A DNA stretch of 64,000 nucleotides from the human T2T-CHM13v2.0 reference genome, Homo sapiens: NCBI RefSeq assembly GCF_009914755.1, contig NC_060947.1. One strand, given 5' to 3'. The first letter of the stretch is position 1. Each line of letters starts with the position of its first letter. The translations under genes and the position numbers were made by a program. A model generated the notes under the pieces. That model had not been told where the DNA came from, did not search any database, and saw only the letters and a program-made list of their open reading frames with translations. This document shows, in pieces, positions 11,504-25,100 of this stretch.

Positions 11504-14500
11504 GGGACTCAAATGAACCCCTAGCATACCACAGCATCCCTACAGAAAAGTGGCCACACTATTTTAAGGGAAAAAAAAAAGCTTCAAATGTTTGTAATCT
11601 CAAATATGGAAGGTCAATAAGCTCACAAAGATGAGAAAGATTCAATGCAAGAACACTGAACACTCAAAAAGCCAGAGTTCCCTTTTTTTCCTCCAAATGA
11701 CCATATCACTATTCCAGCAAGGGTTCAGAAATGGGCTGAGGCTGAGATGGCTAAAATGACAGAAGTGGAATTCAGAATATGGATAGGACTGAAGTTCACT
11801 GGGCTAAAAGAGTGCATTGTAACCCAATGCAAGAAAGGTACAAATTATGATAAAACATTACAGCAGCTTACAGACAAAATAGCCAGTATAAAGAAGCATG
11901 TAACCATCCTGATAGAGCTGGCCTACACTGCAATAATTTCATAATGCAATCACAAGTGTTAGTAGCAGAATAGACCAGGTGGAGGAAAGAATTTCAGAGC
12001 TTGAAGACTGCCTTTCTGAAATAAAACAGACAGAAAAGGATAGAGAAAAAAAATAAAAGGAATTAACAAAACCTCCAAGAAATATGGGATTATATAAAAG
12101 ACCAAATCTATGACTGATTAGTTTATATGAAAGTAATGAAGAGAACAGAACCAATTTTGAAAATATTTCAGGATATCATCCATGAGAACTTTCCCAAACT
12201 AGCTATACAGGCCAACATTCTAATTCAGGAAATGCAGAGAATCCCAGTAAGATACTCCAGGAGAAGATCATCCCTAAGACCTATAGTCATCAGAATCTCC
12301 AAGGTGAAAATGAAAAAAAGAAAAAAAGTTAAAGGCAGCTATAGAGAAAAGCCAGGTCACCTACCAAGGAAAGCCCATTAGACTAACAGTGGACCCCTCA
12401 TCTTAAACCCTGCAAGCCAGGAAGGATTTGGGGCCAATATTCAACATTCTTAAAGAAAAGAAAGCCTAACCCAGAATTTTATATCTGGTCAAACTAAGCT
12501 TCATAAGTGAAAGTAATAAGATCATTTTCAGACATGCAAATGCGGAGGGAATTTGTTACCACCAGACCTGTCTTACAAGAACTCCTAAAGGAAGCACTAA
12601 ATATGGAAAGAAAAGGCCATTACTAGCCACTACAAAAACACACTGAAGAACAGACTAGTAACTCTATAAAGGAATTACATAAACCAGTCTGCAAAATAGC
12701 AAAATAACCAGCTAACATCATGATGGCAGAATCAAATCTACACATATTACTACTAATCTTAATGTAAATGAACTAAATGTCTGAATTAAAAGACACAGAG
12801 TGGCAAGCTGGAAAGAGAATCAAGACCCATGCTGTCTTCAAGAGACCCATCTTGCATGCAATGACATGAATAGGCTTAAAACAAAGGCATGGAGATAAAT
12901 CTACTAAGCAAATTGAAAACAGATAAAACAAAGGTTGCAATGCCAGTTTCCGACAAAACAGACTTAGACACAACAAAGATCTTAAAAGACACAGAAGGGA
13001 ATTACATAATGGTAAATGGTTCAATTCAACAAGAAGATTTACATATTCTAAATATGTATGTGCCCAACACAGGAGCAACCAGTTTCATAAAGCAAGTTCT
13101 TAGAGACCTTCAAAGAGACTTAGACTCCCATACAGCAATAGTGGGAGACTATAACACTCTATTGACGATATTAGAAAGTTCATCAAGACAGAAAATTAAC
13201 TAAGGTATTCAGGACCTGAACTCAGTACTGGATAAAATGGACCTGATAGAAACGCACAGAACTCTCCACCCCAAAACAACAGAATATAAATTGTTCTCAT
13301 TGTCACATGGCACTTACTCTAAAACTGAACACATAATTGGAAGTAAGACATTCTCAGCAAATGCAAAAGAAGTGAAATAATAACAAACAGTCTCTTGGAC
13401 CATAGCATGATCAAATTTGAAATCAAGACTAAGAAATTCGCTCGAAATCATACAATTACATATAAATTAAACAACCTGCTCCTGAATGACTTTTGGGTAA
13501 ATAATAAAATTAAGGGAGAAAACAACAGGTTTTTTGGAACTAATGAGAATAAAGATATAACAGAATCTATGGGACACAGCTAAGGCATTGTTAAAACAGA
13601 AATTATAGCACCAAATGCTCACAACAGAAAGCTAGAAATATCTCAAGTTAAAAACTTAACATCACAACTTAAAGAACTAGAGAACCAATAGTGAACAAAT
13701 CCCATAGCTAGCAGAAGACAAGAAATAATCAAAAACAGACCTTAGGCCGGGCGCAGTGGCTCACGCCTGTAATCCCAGCACTTTGGGAGGCCGAGGTGGG
13801 TGGATCATGAGGTCAGGAGGTCGAGACCATTCTGGCTAACATGGTGAAACCCCGTCTCTACTAAAAATACAAAAAATTAGCCAGGCATGGTGGCAGGCAC
13901 CTGTAGTCCCAGCTACTTGGGAGGCAGAGACAGGAGAATGGTGTGAACCCGGGAGGCGGAGCTTGCAGTGAGCCGCAGCTTGCAGTGAGCTGGAGCTTGC
14001 AGTGAGTTGAGATGGCACCACTGCACTCCAGCCTGGGCAACAGAGCGAGACTCTGTCTCAAAAAAAAAAAAAAAAAAAGACCTTAACAAAAGGAGATAGA
14101 GACACAAAAAAATTACAAATCCAGGAGCTAACTTTTTTTGAAAAAATTAACAAAGTAGATAGACCACTAGCTAGACTAGTAAAGAAAAAATAAAGAGAAT
14201 ATTCAAATAAAAGCACAATCAGAAATGACAAGGGGTATATTGCCACTGACCCCATAGAAATACAAGCAATCATTTGAGAATATTGTGAACACCTCTATCC
14301 ACATAAACTAGAAAATCTAGAAGTAATGTTTAAATTTCTGGACACATACACCCTCCCAAGAATAAACCAGGAAAATATTGACTCTCTGAAGAGACCAATA
14401 AAGAGTTCTGAAATTGAGGCCATACTAATTACCCTAACAACAAAAACAACAACAACAACAACAACAACAAAGGACCAGAGGGATTCACAGCTGAATTCTA

Positions 14501-17105
14501 CTATATGTACAAAGAAGAGCTGGTACCATTCCTATGGAAAGTATTAAAAAATTGAAGAGCAAGAACTTCTTCCTAACTCATTCTATGAAGCAAGCGTCAT
14601 TCTCATACAAAAAACTGGTAGAGATACAACAAGAAAAGAAAACTTCAGGCCAATATATTTGATGAAAATTTATGCAAAAATCCTCAACAAAATACTGGCA
14701 AAATGAATCCAGCAACACATCAAAAAGCTTATCCATCACAATCAAGTAGGCTTCATTCCCAGGATGCAAGGTTGGTTCAGCATACACAAATCAATAAATG
14801 TGATTCATCACATAAACAGAACTAAAGACAAAATTCACACGATTATCTCAATAGATGCAAAAAAGACTTTCAATAAAATTCAAAATCCACTAAGGTTAAA
14901 AACTCTCAATAAACTAGGTACTGAAGAAACATAACTCAAAATAATGAGAGCCATCTATGACAAACCAACACGACGCATAATACTGAATGGAAAAAAGATG
15001 GAAGCATTTTCCTTGTGAACTGGCACAAGTCAAGGATGCCCTCTCTCACCACTCTTATTCAACATAGTATTAGAAGTTCTGGCCAGGGCAATCAGGCAAG
15101 AGAAAGAAATAAAGGACGTCCAAATAGGACTAGAGGAATTCAAACTATCCCTTTTTGCAGATGACATGATCCTATATCTAGAAAACCCCATAGTCTCAGC
15201 CCAAAAGCTTCTTAAGCCAAGAAAGAACTTCAGCAAATTCTCAGGATCAAAAATAAGTGTGCAAAAATCACTGGTATTCGTATATACCAACAACAATTAA
15301 GCTGAGAGCCAAGCCAAGAAGGAGCTCCCATTCATAGCTGCCACAAAAATAAAATATCTAAGAATACAGTTAACTAGAAAAGTGAGGTGAACAATTTCTT
15401 CAAGGAGAACTACAAACCACTGCCAAAAGAAATCAGAGATGACACAGACAAATGAAAAACATTCCATGGTCATGGAAAGGAAGAATCAATATCCTTTAAA
15501 TGGCTAAAATGCCCAAAGAAATTTATAGATTCAATGCTATCCCTATTAAACTATCATTAACATTCTTCACAGAACTTGAGAAAACTATTTTAAAATTCAC
15601 ATGGAACCAAAAAGAGCCCAAATAGTCAAGGAATTTTTAAGCAAAAAGAACAAAGCTGGAGGCATCATGCTACCCAACTTCAAACGATACTACAAGGATA
15701 CAGTAACCAAAGCAGCATGGTACTGGTACAAAAACAGACACAAAGACCAATGGAAGAAATAGAGAATTTGCAGAAATAAGACCACACACCTACAACCATC
15801 CAATCTTTGACAAACCTGACAAGACCAAGCAATGGGGAAAGGATTCCCTATTCAACAAATGGTGCTGAGAGAACTGGCTAACCATATGCAGAAAATTGAA
15901 ACTGGACCCCCTTTTTACACCATATACAAAAAAAATTAACTCAAGATAGATTAAAGACTTAAATGCTAAACCGAAATCTATAAAAACCCTAGAAGACAAC
16001 CTAGGCAATAACATTTAGGACATAAGCATAGGCAAAGATTTCATGATGAAGACACTAAAAGCAATTGCAACAAAAAGAAAAATTGACAAATGAAATCTAA
16101 CTAAACTAAAGAGCTTGTGCGTAACAAAAGAAACTATTAACAGATTTAACAGGCAACCTATAAAATGGGAGAAAATTTTTGCAAACTTCATCCAACAAAA
16201 ATCTAATGTTCAACATCTATAAGGAGCTAAAATAAATTTACATGAACAATAAAAAACAAATTACCCCATTAAAAATGGGTAAAGGACATAAACAGGCACT
16301 TTTCAAAGGAAGACATAACTGCAGTCAACAATCATATGAAATAAAGCTCAACATTACTGATCATTACAGAAATGCACTGCAAAACCACAATGATATATCA
16401 TCTAACACAAGTCAGAATGGCTACTATTAAAAAGACAAAAAATAACAGATACTTGTGGGGTTGTTCAGAAAAAAGAACAGTTATACACTGTTGTGGGAGT
16501 GTAAACTTGTTCAGCCCTTGTGGAAGACAAGTGTGGCGATTCCCTAAAGACTGAAAGACAGAAACATTATTCTACTCAGCAAAACAACCACTGCATATAT
16601 ACCCAAAGGAATATTAATTATTCTATTATAAAGACACATGCACATTCATTACAGCACTAGTCACAATACTAAAGATATAGAATTAACCTAAATGCCCATC
16701 AATGGCAGACTGGATAAAGAAAATATGGTACTTATACATCATGGAATACTATGCAGTCATAAAAAAGAAAGAGATCATGACCTTTGAAGGGACATAAATG
16801 GAGCTGGAGGTCATTATCCTTAGCAAACTAACACAGGACCAGAAAACCAAATACTACATATTCTTACTTATAAGTGGGAGCTAAAAAGTGAGGACACATG
16901 GACATATGAAGGGAATAATACACACTAGGGCCTTTTGGAGTGTGGAGGATGGGAGGAGGGAGAGGATCAGGAAAAATGACTAATGGGTACTAGGCTTAAT
17001 ACCTGAGTGATGAAATAATCTGTACAACATACCCCCATGACAGAAGTGTACGTATGTAACAAACCTGCACTTGTACCCCTGAACTTAAATAAAAGTTGTA
17101 AAAAA
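11504..17105 (+). mobile_element. Near full-length decayed L1PA (about PA11-15): end of 5'UTR, ORF1, ORF2, 3'UTR
   Basis: ORF1 remnants (FQDIIHENFPKLA), EN remnants (GSIQQEDL..LNMYVPNTGA), RT FADD region near 15150, A tail near 17100. Confidence 0.92.
13745..14077 (+). mobile_element. Full-length AluY with internal 17-bp triplication
   Basis: ggccgggcgcagtggctcacgcc...tggctaacatggtg; TSD agacctta (13737-13744 / 14078-14085). Confidence 0.97.
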
Positions 17106-17129
17106 AATTGTAATAATAGCAACATTAAA

Positions 17130-20100
17130 AAAAACCATACAATGGAGATCCAGTATGTTAGGAAGCAAACTTTTCAGTGCAAATTGTGCAAGCTAGGAAA
17201 GAGGCATGACATGCTTAAAGTGATGAAACAGCAACAACAAAAATCTACCCTAGAATAATATATCCAGCAAAAATATGATTTAACCATGAAGGAGAAATAA
17301 AAACTTTCCAGAAACCAAAAGTTGAGGGATTTCATCAACACCAGATCTGTCCTACAAGAAATGCTAAAGGGAGTTCTTCAAACAGAAAGAAAAAAAACAT
17401 TCATGAGCTAGAAAAACAAATCCTCTGAAGGTAGAAAACTCACTGGTAATATTAAGCACACAGAAAAGCAAAAAATATTATGACACTGTAATTGTGGTAC
17501 CTAAAGTACTCTTATCTTCCATAGAAAGACTAAAAGATAAGCCAACAAACAATAAACAATAACAATAACTAACACAACTTTGCAAGACATAAACAGTACA
17601 GTAATATATCAATAAAAACAACAGTAAGTTAAACAGCATGGGGACAAAGTTCATGTATAGACTTTTTATTTGTTTTCTTTTTGCTTGTTTGTGCAATGAG
17701 AGTTAACTTGTTATCAAATTAAAATAACGGGATATAAAATAGTATTTGTAGGCCTTATGGCAACCTTAAATCAAAATACATAAAAGAAATAACTAAAATT
17801 AAAAAAGAAAAAACATGAGGTAAATCACCACTAGAGGAAATCACCTTTAATAAAAGGAAGACAGAAAGGAAGAAAAGAAGGAAAAGCATACAACAGACAA
17901 CCAGGAACAAATAACAAAATGGCAGGAGTAAGTCCTTACTTACCAACAATAAGACTGAATGTAAATGGGATCAGCTCTCCAATCAAAAGACAGAGTAGCT
18001 CAATGTACGAAAAAAAAAAAAAAAGACCCAATGATCTGTTGCCTACAGGAAACACACTTCACCTGTAAAGACACACATAGACTGAAAATTAAAAGATGAA
18101 AAAAGATATTTCATGCCATTGAAAACCAAAAAACAATCAAGACTAGCTATACTTAGACAAAGTAGATATCAAAACAAAAACTGTAAGAGGAGACAAACAA
18201 TGGCACTATATAATGATAAAGGGGTTAATATAGCAGGAATATATAATGATTGTAAATATATATGCACTTAATGCTGGAGCAGTCAGATGTATAAAGCAAA
18301 TATTATTAGAGCTAAAGAGAAAGATAATAGACTTAACTATGATAATAGCTAGAGGCTTCAACACCCGACTTTCAGCACTGGACATATCATCCAGACAGAA
18401 TATCAATAAAGAAACATGAGACTTATCTGCACTACAGATCGAATGGACCTAAGAAACATTTGCTGAACATTTCATCCAATGGCTGTGGAATACACATTCT
18501 TTTTCTTATGTACATGGAACATTCTCAAAGGTAGACCATATGTTAGGCCAAGAAACAAGTCTTTAAAACACTCAAAAAGTTGAAATAATATCAAGCATCT
18601 TCTCTGACAACATGGTAACAAAACTAGAAACCAATAACAAGATAAATTATGGAAACTATACAAACACATGGGGTTTGAAACAATATGCTCCTGAAAGGCC
18701 AGTGCGTCAGTGAAGAAACTAAGAAGAAAATTTTTAAAATTCTGGAAATCAAATGTTGATAAAATACGACATACTACAACCTATGGGATACAGCAAAACT
18801 AGTACTAACAGAGAAGTTATGACTATAAGTGTTTACATTTAAAAAGAGAAAATCTTCAAATAAATAACCAAATGAGGCATCTTAATTAACTAGAAAAGGA
18901 AGAACAAACCAAACTCAAAATTAGTGGAAGAAAAGAAATAATAAAGATCATAGCAGAAATAAAAGAAATTTAAATGAAGAACAAACTAAAAAAAAAGATA
19001 AATAATCTGAATAGCTGGTTTCTAAAAATAAGCAAAATTTAAAATTTTTAGCCTGACTAATAATAAACAAAAGAGAAGACCCAAATAAATAAAATCAGGG
19101 ATGAAAGTGGAGACGTCGCAAATGATATCACAGAAATACAAAGGATCATTAGTGGCTACTATAAGCAACCATAGGCCAATAGTTTGGAAAATCTAGAAGA
19201 AATACATATATTTCTAGACACATGAAACATACTAAGATTAAACCATGAAGAAATCCAAAACCTGAACAGGATAGTAACAAATAAATTAATCAAAGCTCTA
19301 ATAAAAAGTCTCCCAGCAAAGAAAATTCTGGGACCCAGTGGTTTCATCACTGATTTCTCCCAAACAGTTAAAGAAAAACTGACTCCAGTCTTACTCTAAG
19401 TATTTTTAAAAATATAGGCAGAGTGAATACTCCTAACGCATTCTATGAAGTCAGTAATACCATGATACCAAAACCTGACAAAGACACTTAAAAAAATAAC
19501 TACAGGCCAATATATCGATAAATACTGATGCAAAATTTCTCAAAAAACACTAGCAAAGTAAATTCATCAACATATTAAAAAGATCTTTTATTATGACCAA
19601 GTAGGATTTATCTCAAAGAACCAAGGATGGTTCAACACAGGCAAATCAATCTGTGTGAATCATCATCTTGACAGAATGGAGAACAAAATTCATAGGAATA
19701 TTTTAATTGTTTCTGAAAAATTACTAAATTATATTCCACAATTCTTTATTAAAAAACTGGAAATAGAAGAAACATAGTTCAACATAATACAAGCCATATG
19801 TGAGAGACCCACTGCTAGTATCATATTGAAAAGGGAAAATCTGAAAGCCTTTACTTTAAGATTAGGAACATGACAAAGATGTCTACTCTTACCTCAGTTA
19901 TTCAACATAGTACTGGAAGTCTTGACTAAAACAAACAGACAAGAGAAATAAATAAGGGCATCCAAATTAGAAAGACAGAAGTCAAATTATCCTTGTTTGC
20001 ATAAGATACAATCTTATATTTGGAAAAATCTAAAGATTCCACCCCCAAATTTAGAACTGATTAAAAAACTCAGTAAAGTTGCAGAACACAGAATAAACAT

Positions 20101-20700
20101 ACAAAAACCAGTAGCATTTCTGTATGCCAAGAGTGAACAATCTGAAAAATAAATCAAAAAGAGTAGTTTCATTTTCAATAGCTGCAAATAAAATTAAACA
20201 CATAGGAATTAACTTAATCAAGGAAAGGAAAGTTCTCTACAATGAAAACTATAAAACACTCAGGAAAGACCTTCAATTGGACACACAAAAATATGGAAAG
20301 ACATTTCCTGTTTATGGATTGGAACAATCAATATTGTTAAAACATACATACTACACAAAGCAATCTGCAGATTCAATGCAATTGTTGTCAAAATAACAAT
20401 GGTATTCTTCATAGAAATAGAAAAGAAAAATCCTAATAATTATATGGAACCACAAAAGACCCAGAAAAGCAAAAGATACTCTGAGCAAAAAGAATAAAAC
20501 TGGAGGAATTACATAATCTGACTTCAAATTATACTATAGAGCTATAGAAAATTAAATAGCATGGTACTGGCATAAAAACAGACACATAGACCAGTGGAAC
20601 TGAATAGAGACCCCAGAAACAAATCCATACATTTACAGTGAACTCATTTTCAACAAAGGTGTCATGAAAATACATTGGGAAGACAGTCTCTTCAATAAAT
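17130..20700 (+). mobile_element. Older L1MA-type element: ORF1 end, long inter-ORF, ORF2
   Basis: gagggatttcatcaacaccaga...ggcaggagtaagtccttactta (L1MA ORF2 start); heavily disrupted. Confidence 0.85.
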
Positions 20701-21810
20701 AATAATCCTACTGAGCTATCAAACTCTAGATCTTATTCCTTCCATAAAACTCTGCGTTTGTACTCACTAGCCAATCTCTCTTCACCAAACCCTCACACCC
20801 TTTCCAGCCTCTGGTTACTATTATTATGCTCACTACCTTCATGAGAGCAATATTTCAGCTGTCACATATATGAGCGAGAACATGAAATATTTGTCTTTCT
20901 GTGCTTTGTTAATTTCATTTAACATAATTACCTCCAGTTTCATCCATGTTGCTGTAAATGACAGAATTTCCTTTGATTTATGGCTGAATATTATTGCATT
21001 GTATATATATGCTGCATTTTCTTCATGCTTCCATCTATTGATGGACAATTAGGTTGAATATCTTGACTATTGTGAATCGCGATGTAATAACCATGGGGAT
21101 GGTTTGATGTGCTGATTCCCTTCCCTTAGAGATAAATACCCAGTAGTTGAATTACTGCATCACATTGTAATTCTGTTTTTAGTTTTTTGAGAAACCCCCA
21201 TACTGTTTTCCATAATGGCTAATATAATTTGCAATAGTGTGTATGAGTTACCTTTGTGTACAGCATGATGTTTTTATATACATATATATAGCGATATATA
21301 GTGAAGGGATTACTGCAGATAAGCAATTTAACATATCCATCCTCTCACATTCTTACCCTCTTTGAGGTAAGAGCACATAAAATCTACTGTCTGAGAAAAT
21401 ATTCAGTATACAATACAGTATTTTTAACTATAGTCCTCAGACTGTATTTTAGACGTCTAGGTTTATTCATCCTATATAACTTCAATTTTGTACCCTTCAG
21501 CCTACATTCCCCCTTGCCCTCTCTCAATCTTCACCTCTGGTAACCATGCTTCTATTTTCCATTTCTATGTATGCGATTTTTCTTTTTTAAATATTCTACA
21601 TATAAGAGAGATTATGATGCAATTTTTTCTTTCTGTGTCTTATTTTATCTAGCATAATGCCCTTCAAGTTAATTCATGTTGTTGCAAATGGGGAATTTTC
21701 TTTTCAAAAGCTGAATAATATTACATTGTACATACACCACAATTTCTTTATTCAAAAGTCCATTGATGGACATTTAGATACTTATCTATTCATTACTTTA
21801 TTTACTTTAT
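20701..21810 (-). mobile_element. L1MA/MB 3'UTR fragments (probably two)
   Basis: ORF2 C-terminal remnant 20839..21048 (ATWMKLEVIMLNEI) and L1M 3'UTR motifs. Confidence 0.75.
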
Positions 21811-21819
21811 CTATTCATA

Positions 21820-21968
21820 AACCAAGAGAAGAGGTCTCAGAATTCAACCTGCCTTACTGACACCTTGATCTTGGACTTCCTAGCATTCAAAATTGTGAGA
21901 AATAAATGTCTGCTGTTTAAGCTAGCCAAACTATGATATTTTGCTATAAAGATCCAAGCTGACCAATA
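21820..21968 (+). mobile_element. MLT1 LTR 3' fragment
   Basis: gacaccttgatcttggacttc...gtgagaaataaatgtctgctgtttaagc. Confidence 0.8.
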
Positions 21969-22180
21969 TTTGTGTTCAGTTTTAGTAGATACTACTATGG
22001 TTTTTGAAGTGTGCATACCAATTTATAGTTTTTATTAGCAATGTATGGGTGTCCTAGTTACACATTCTTGCGATAGCATGGTATTTTCATTTGTTTTAAT
22101 TTTAGATATCCTGGTACATATGGAATGGTGTCTCTTTCTTGTTGTAACAGCATTCTGTGATTACCAATTAGATGAAAACT

Positions 22181-25100
22181 TATTTATTTATTTATTTAAT
22201 TTTTAAACTTTTAATTTAGGTTCAGGGGTACATGTACATTTTTGTTATATATGTAAACTCATGTCTCAAGGGTTCAATGAGTAGATTATTTTGTCACCCA
22301 TGTACTAAGCCTAGTACCCAATAGTATTTTTTTTCTGCTCCTCTCCCTCCTCCCACCTTCCCCCCACTGGTAGGCTCCAGTGTCTCTTGTTCCCCTCTTT
22401 GTGCCCATGTGTTCTCATCACTTAGCTCCAACTTATAAGTGAGAACACATGGTATTTATTTTTCTGTTTCTGCATTAGTTTAGTTTGTTAAAGATAATGG
22501 CCTCCAGCTTCACCCATGTTTCTGCAAAGGACATTATCCAATTCCTTTTTACAACTGCATAGTACTCCATAGTGTATATGTACCATATTTTCTTTATCCA
22601 GTCTACCACTGATGGGTATTTCAGTTGACTTCATGTCTTTACTATTGTGAATAGTGCTATAATGAACATACACATGCATGTGCCTTACTGATAGAATAAT
22701 TTATATTCCTTTGGGTATATGCCCATTAATAGGATTGCTGGGTCGAATGGTAGTTCTGCTTTTAGCTCTGTGAGGAATTACCACACTGCTTTCCAGAATG
22801 GTTGAATGAATATAAACTCTCGCCAATAGTGTATAAGCATTCCCTTTTCTCTGAAACCTTACAAACATCTACATTTTATTTTTTTGGATTTTTTAGTAAT
22901 AGTCACTCTGACTGGTGTGAGATAATATCTCATTGTGGTTTTCATGAGTATTTCTCTAATGATCAGTGATATTGCACAATTTTTCGTGTGCTTGTTGAAT
23001 GCCTGTATGTCTGCTTTTTAAAAGTGTCTGTTAATGTCATTTGCCCTCTTTTTAATGGAGTTGTTTGTTTTTATCTTGTAAATTTGTTTAAGTTCCTTAC
23101 AGATGCTGGATATTAGATCTTTGTCAGATGTATAGTTTATAAATATTTTTCCCATTGTGTAGGTTCTCTTTTCACTCTGTTGATAGTTTCTTTTGCTGTT
23201 CAGAAGCACTTTAGTTTAATCAAATTTCATTTGTCAATTATTACTTTTGCTGCAATTGCTTTTGGTGTCTTTGTCATGAAATCGTTGCCTGTTTCTATAT
23301 TCAGAATGTTATTGCCTAGGTTTTTCTTCCAGCTTTTTATAGTTTTTCACTTTACATTTAAGTCTTTAGGCCATCTGGAATTGATTTTGATATATGGTGT
23401 AAGAAAGGGGTTCTGTTTCAATCTTCTGCATATGGTTAGCCAGTTATTCTAGCAGCATTTAATAACTAGGGAGTCCTTTCCTCATTGCTTTTTTTTTTTG
23501 TCAGATTTGTCTAAACTCAGATGGTTGTAGGTGTGTGGCCTTATTTCTAGGCTCTTTATTTTGTTCCATTGGTCTATGTGTCTGTTTTTGTACCAGTACC
23601 ATGTTGTTTTTGTTACTGTAACAGTATAATTTGAACTCAGACAGCATGGTCCTTCCTGCCTTGCTTTTTTTTGCTTAGAATTGCCTTGCCCATTTCTGCT
23701 AATTTTTGGTTGTATGTAAATTTTAAAATAGTTATTTTTCTAGTTATATACAGAATTTCCTTGGTCATTTAATAAGAATTGCATTGAATCTGTAAATTGC
23801 TTTGAGCAGTATAGCCATTGTAATGATATTGATTGTTCCCATTCATAAGCATGGAATGTTTTTCCATTTGTATTATCTCTGATTTCTTTTAGCAATGTTT
23901 TAAAATTCTCATTGTAGAGATCTTTCAACTCCTCAGTTAGCTCTATTCCTACATATTTTATTCTTTTCGTAGCAATTATGAATGCTATTGCATTCCCGAT
24001 TTAGCTCTCAGCTTGGCTGTGGTTGGTGTATAGGAATTCTACTGATATTTGTATATTGATTTTGTATCCTGAAACTTGGCTGAAGCTGTTTATCAGCTTA
24101 AAGAACTCTTGAGCCAAGACTATGGGGTTTTCTAGATATAGAACCTTGTCATCTGCAAACAGGGATAGTTTGACTTCCTCTCTTTCTATCTGGATGCCTT
24201 TTATTTCATTCTCTTGTCTGATTGCTCTGGCCAGGACATCCAATACTATGTTGAATAGGAGTAATGAAAGAAGGCATCCTTCTCTTGTGCTGGTTATCAA
24301 GGAAAATGCTTCCAGCTTTTGCCCATTCAGTATGATATTGGCTGTGGGTTTGTCATAGATGGTTCTTATTCTTTTTATGTATGTTCCTTTGGCAACTAGT
24401 TTGTTGAGAGATTTTAACGTAAAAAGATGTTGAATTTTATCAAAAGCTATTTCTGCTTCAATTGAGATGATCATGTGGTTTTTGTCTTCAGTTCTGTTTG
24501 TGTGATGGATCTTGATTATTTATTTGTGTATGTTGAACTAACTTTGCACCCCAAGGATAAAGCCTACATTATTACTGTGGTAGGTAAGCTTTTTGTTGTG
24601 CTGCTGGATTCAGTTTTCCAGTATTTTATTAAGGATTTTTGCATCGATGTTCCTCAAAGATATTGGCCTGAACTTTTCTTGTTGTTGTTATCTATCTGCC
24701 AGGTTTTGGTATCAGGATGGTGCTGGCCTCATAGAAAGAGTTGAGAAGTCCCTGCTCCTCAATTTTTAAGAATATTTTCAGTAGGAATGGTACCAGCTCT
24801 TCTTTGTACACCTGGTAGACTCCAGCTGTGAATATAACTATTCCTGGGATTTTTTGTTTGTTTTGGTTGGTAAGCTATTTATTACTGATTCAATTTCAGA
24901 GCTCACTATTGGTCTGTTCAGGGATTTAAGTTCTTCCTGATTCAGTATTAGGATTGTGTATGTGTCCAGGAGTTTATCAACTTCTTCTAGATTTTCTAGT
25001 TTATGTGCATAGATTTTTTTAAAAATAGTCTCTGATGGTTATTTGTATTTTGTGGAGTCAATGGAAATATCCACTTTGTCATTTTTGATTGTGTTTATTT

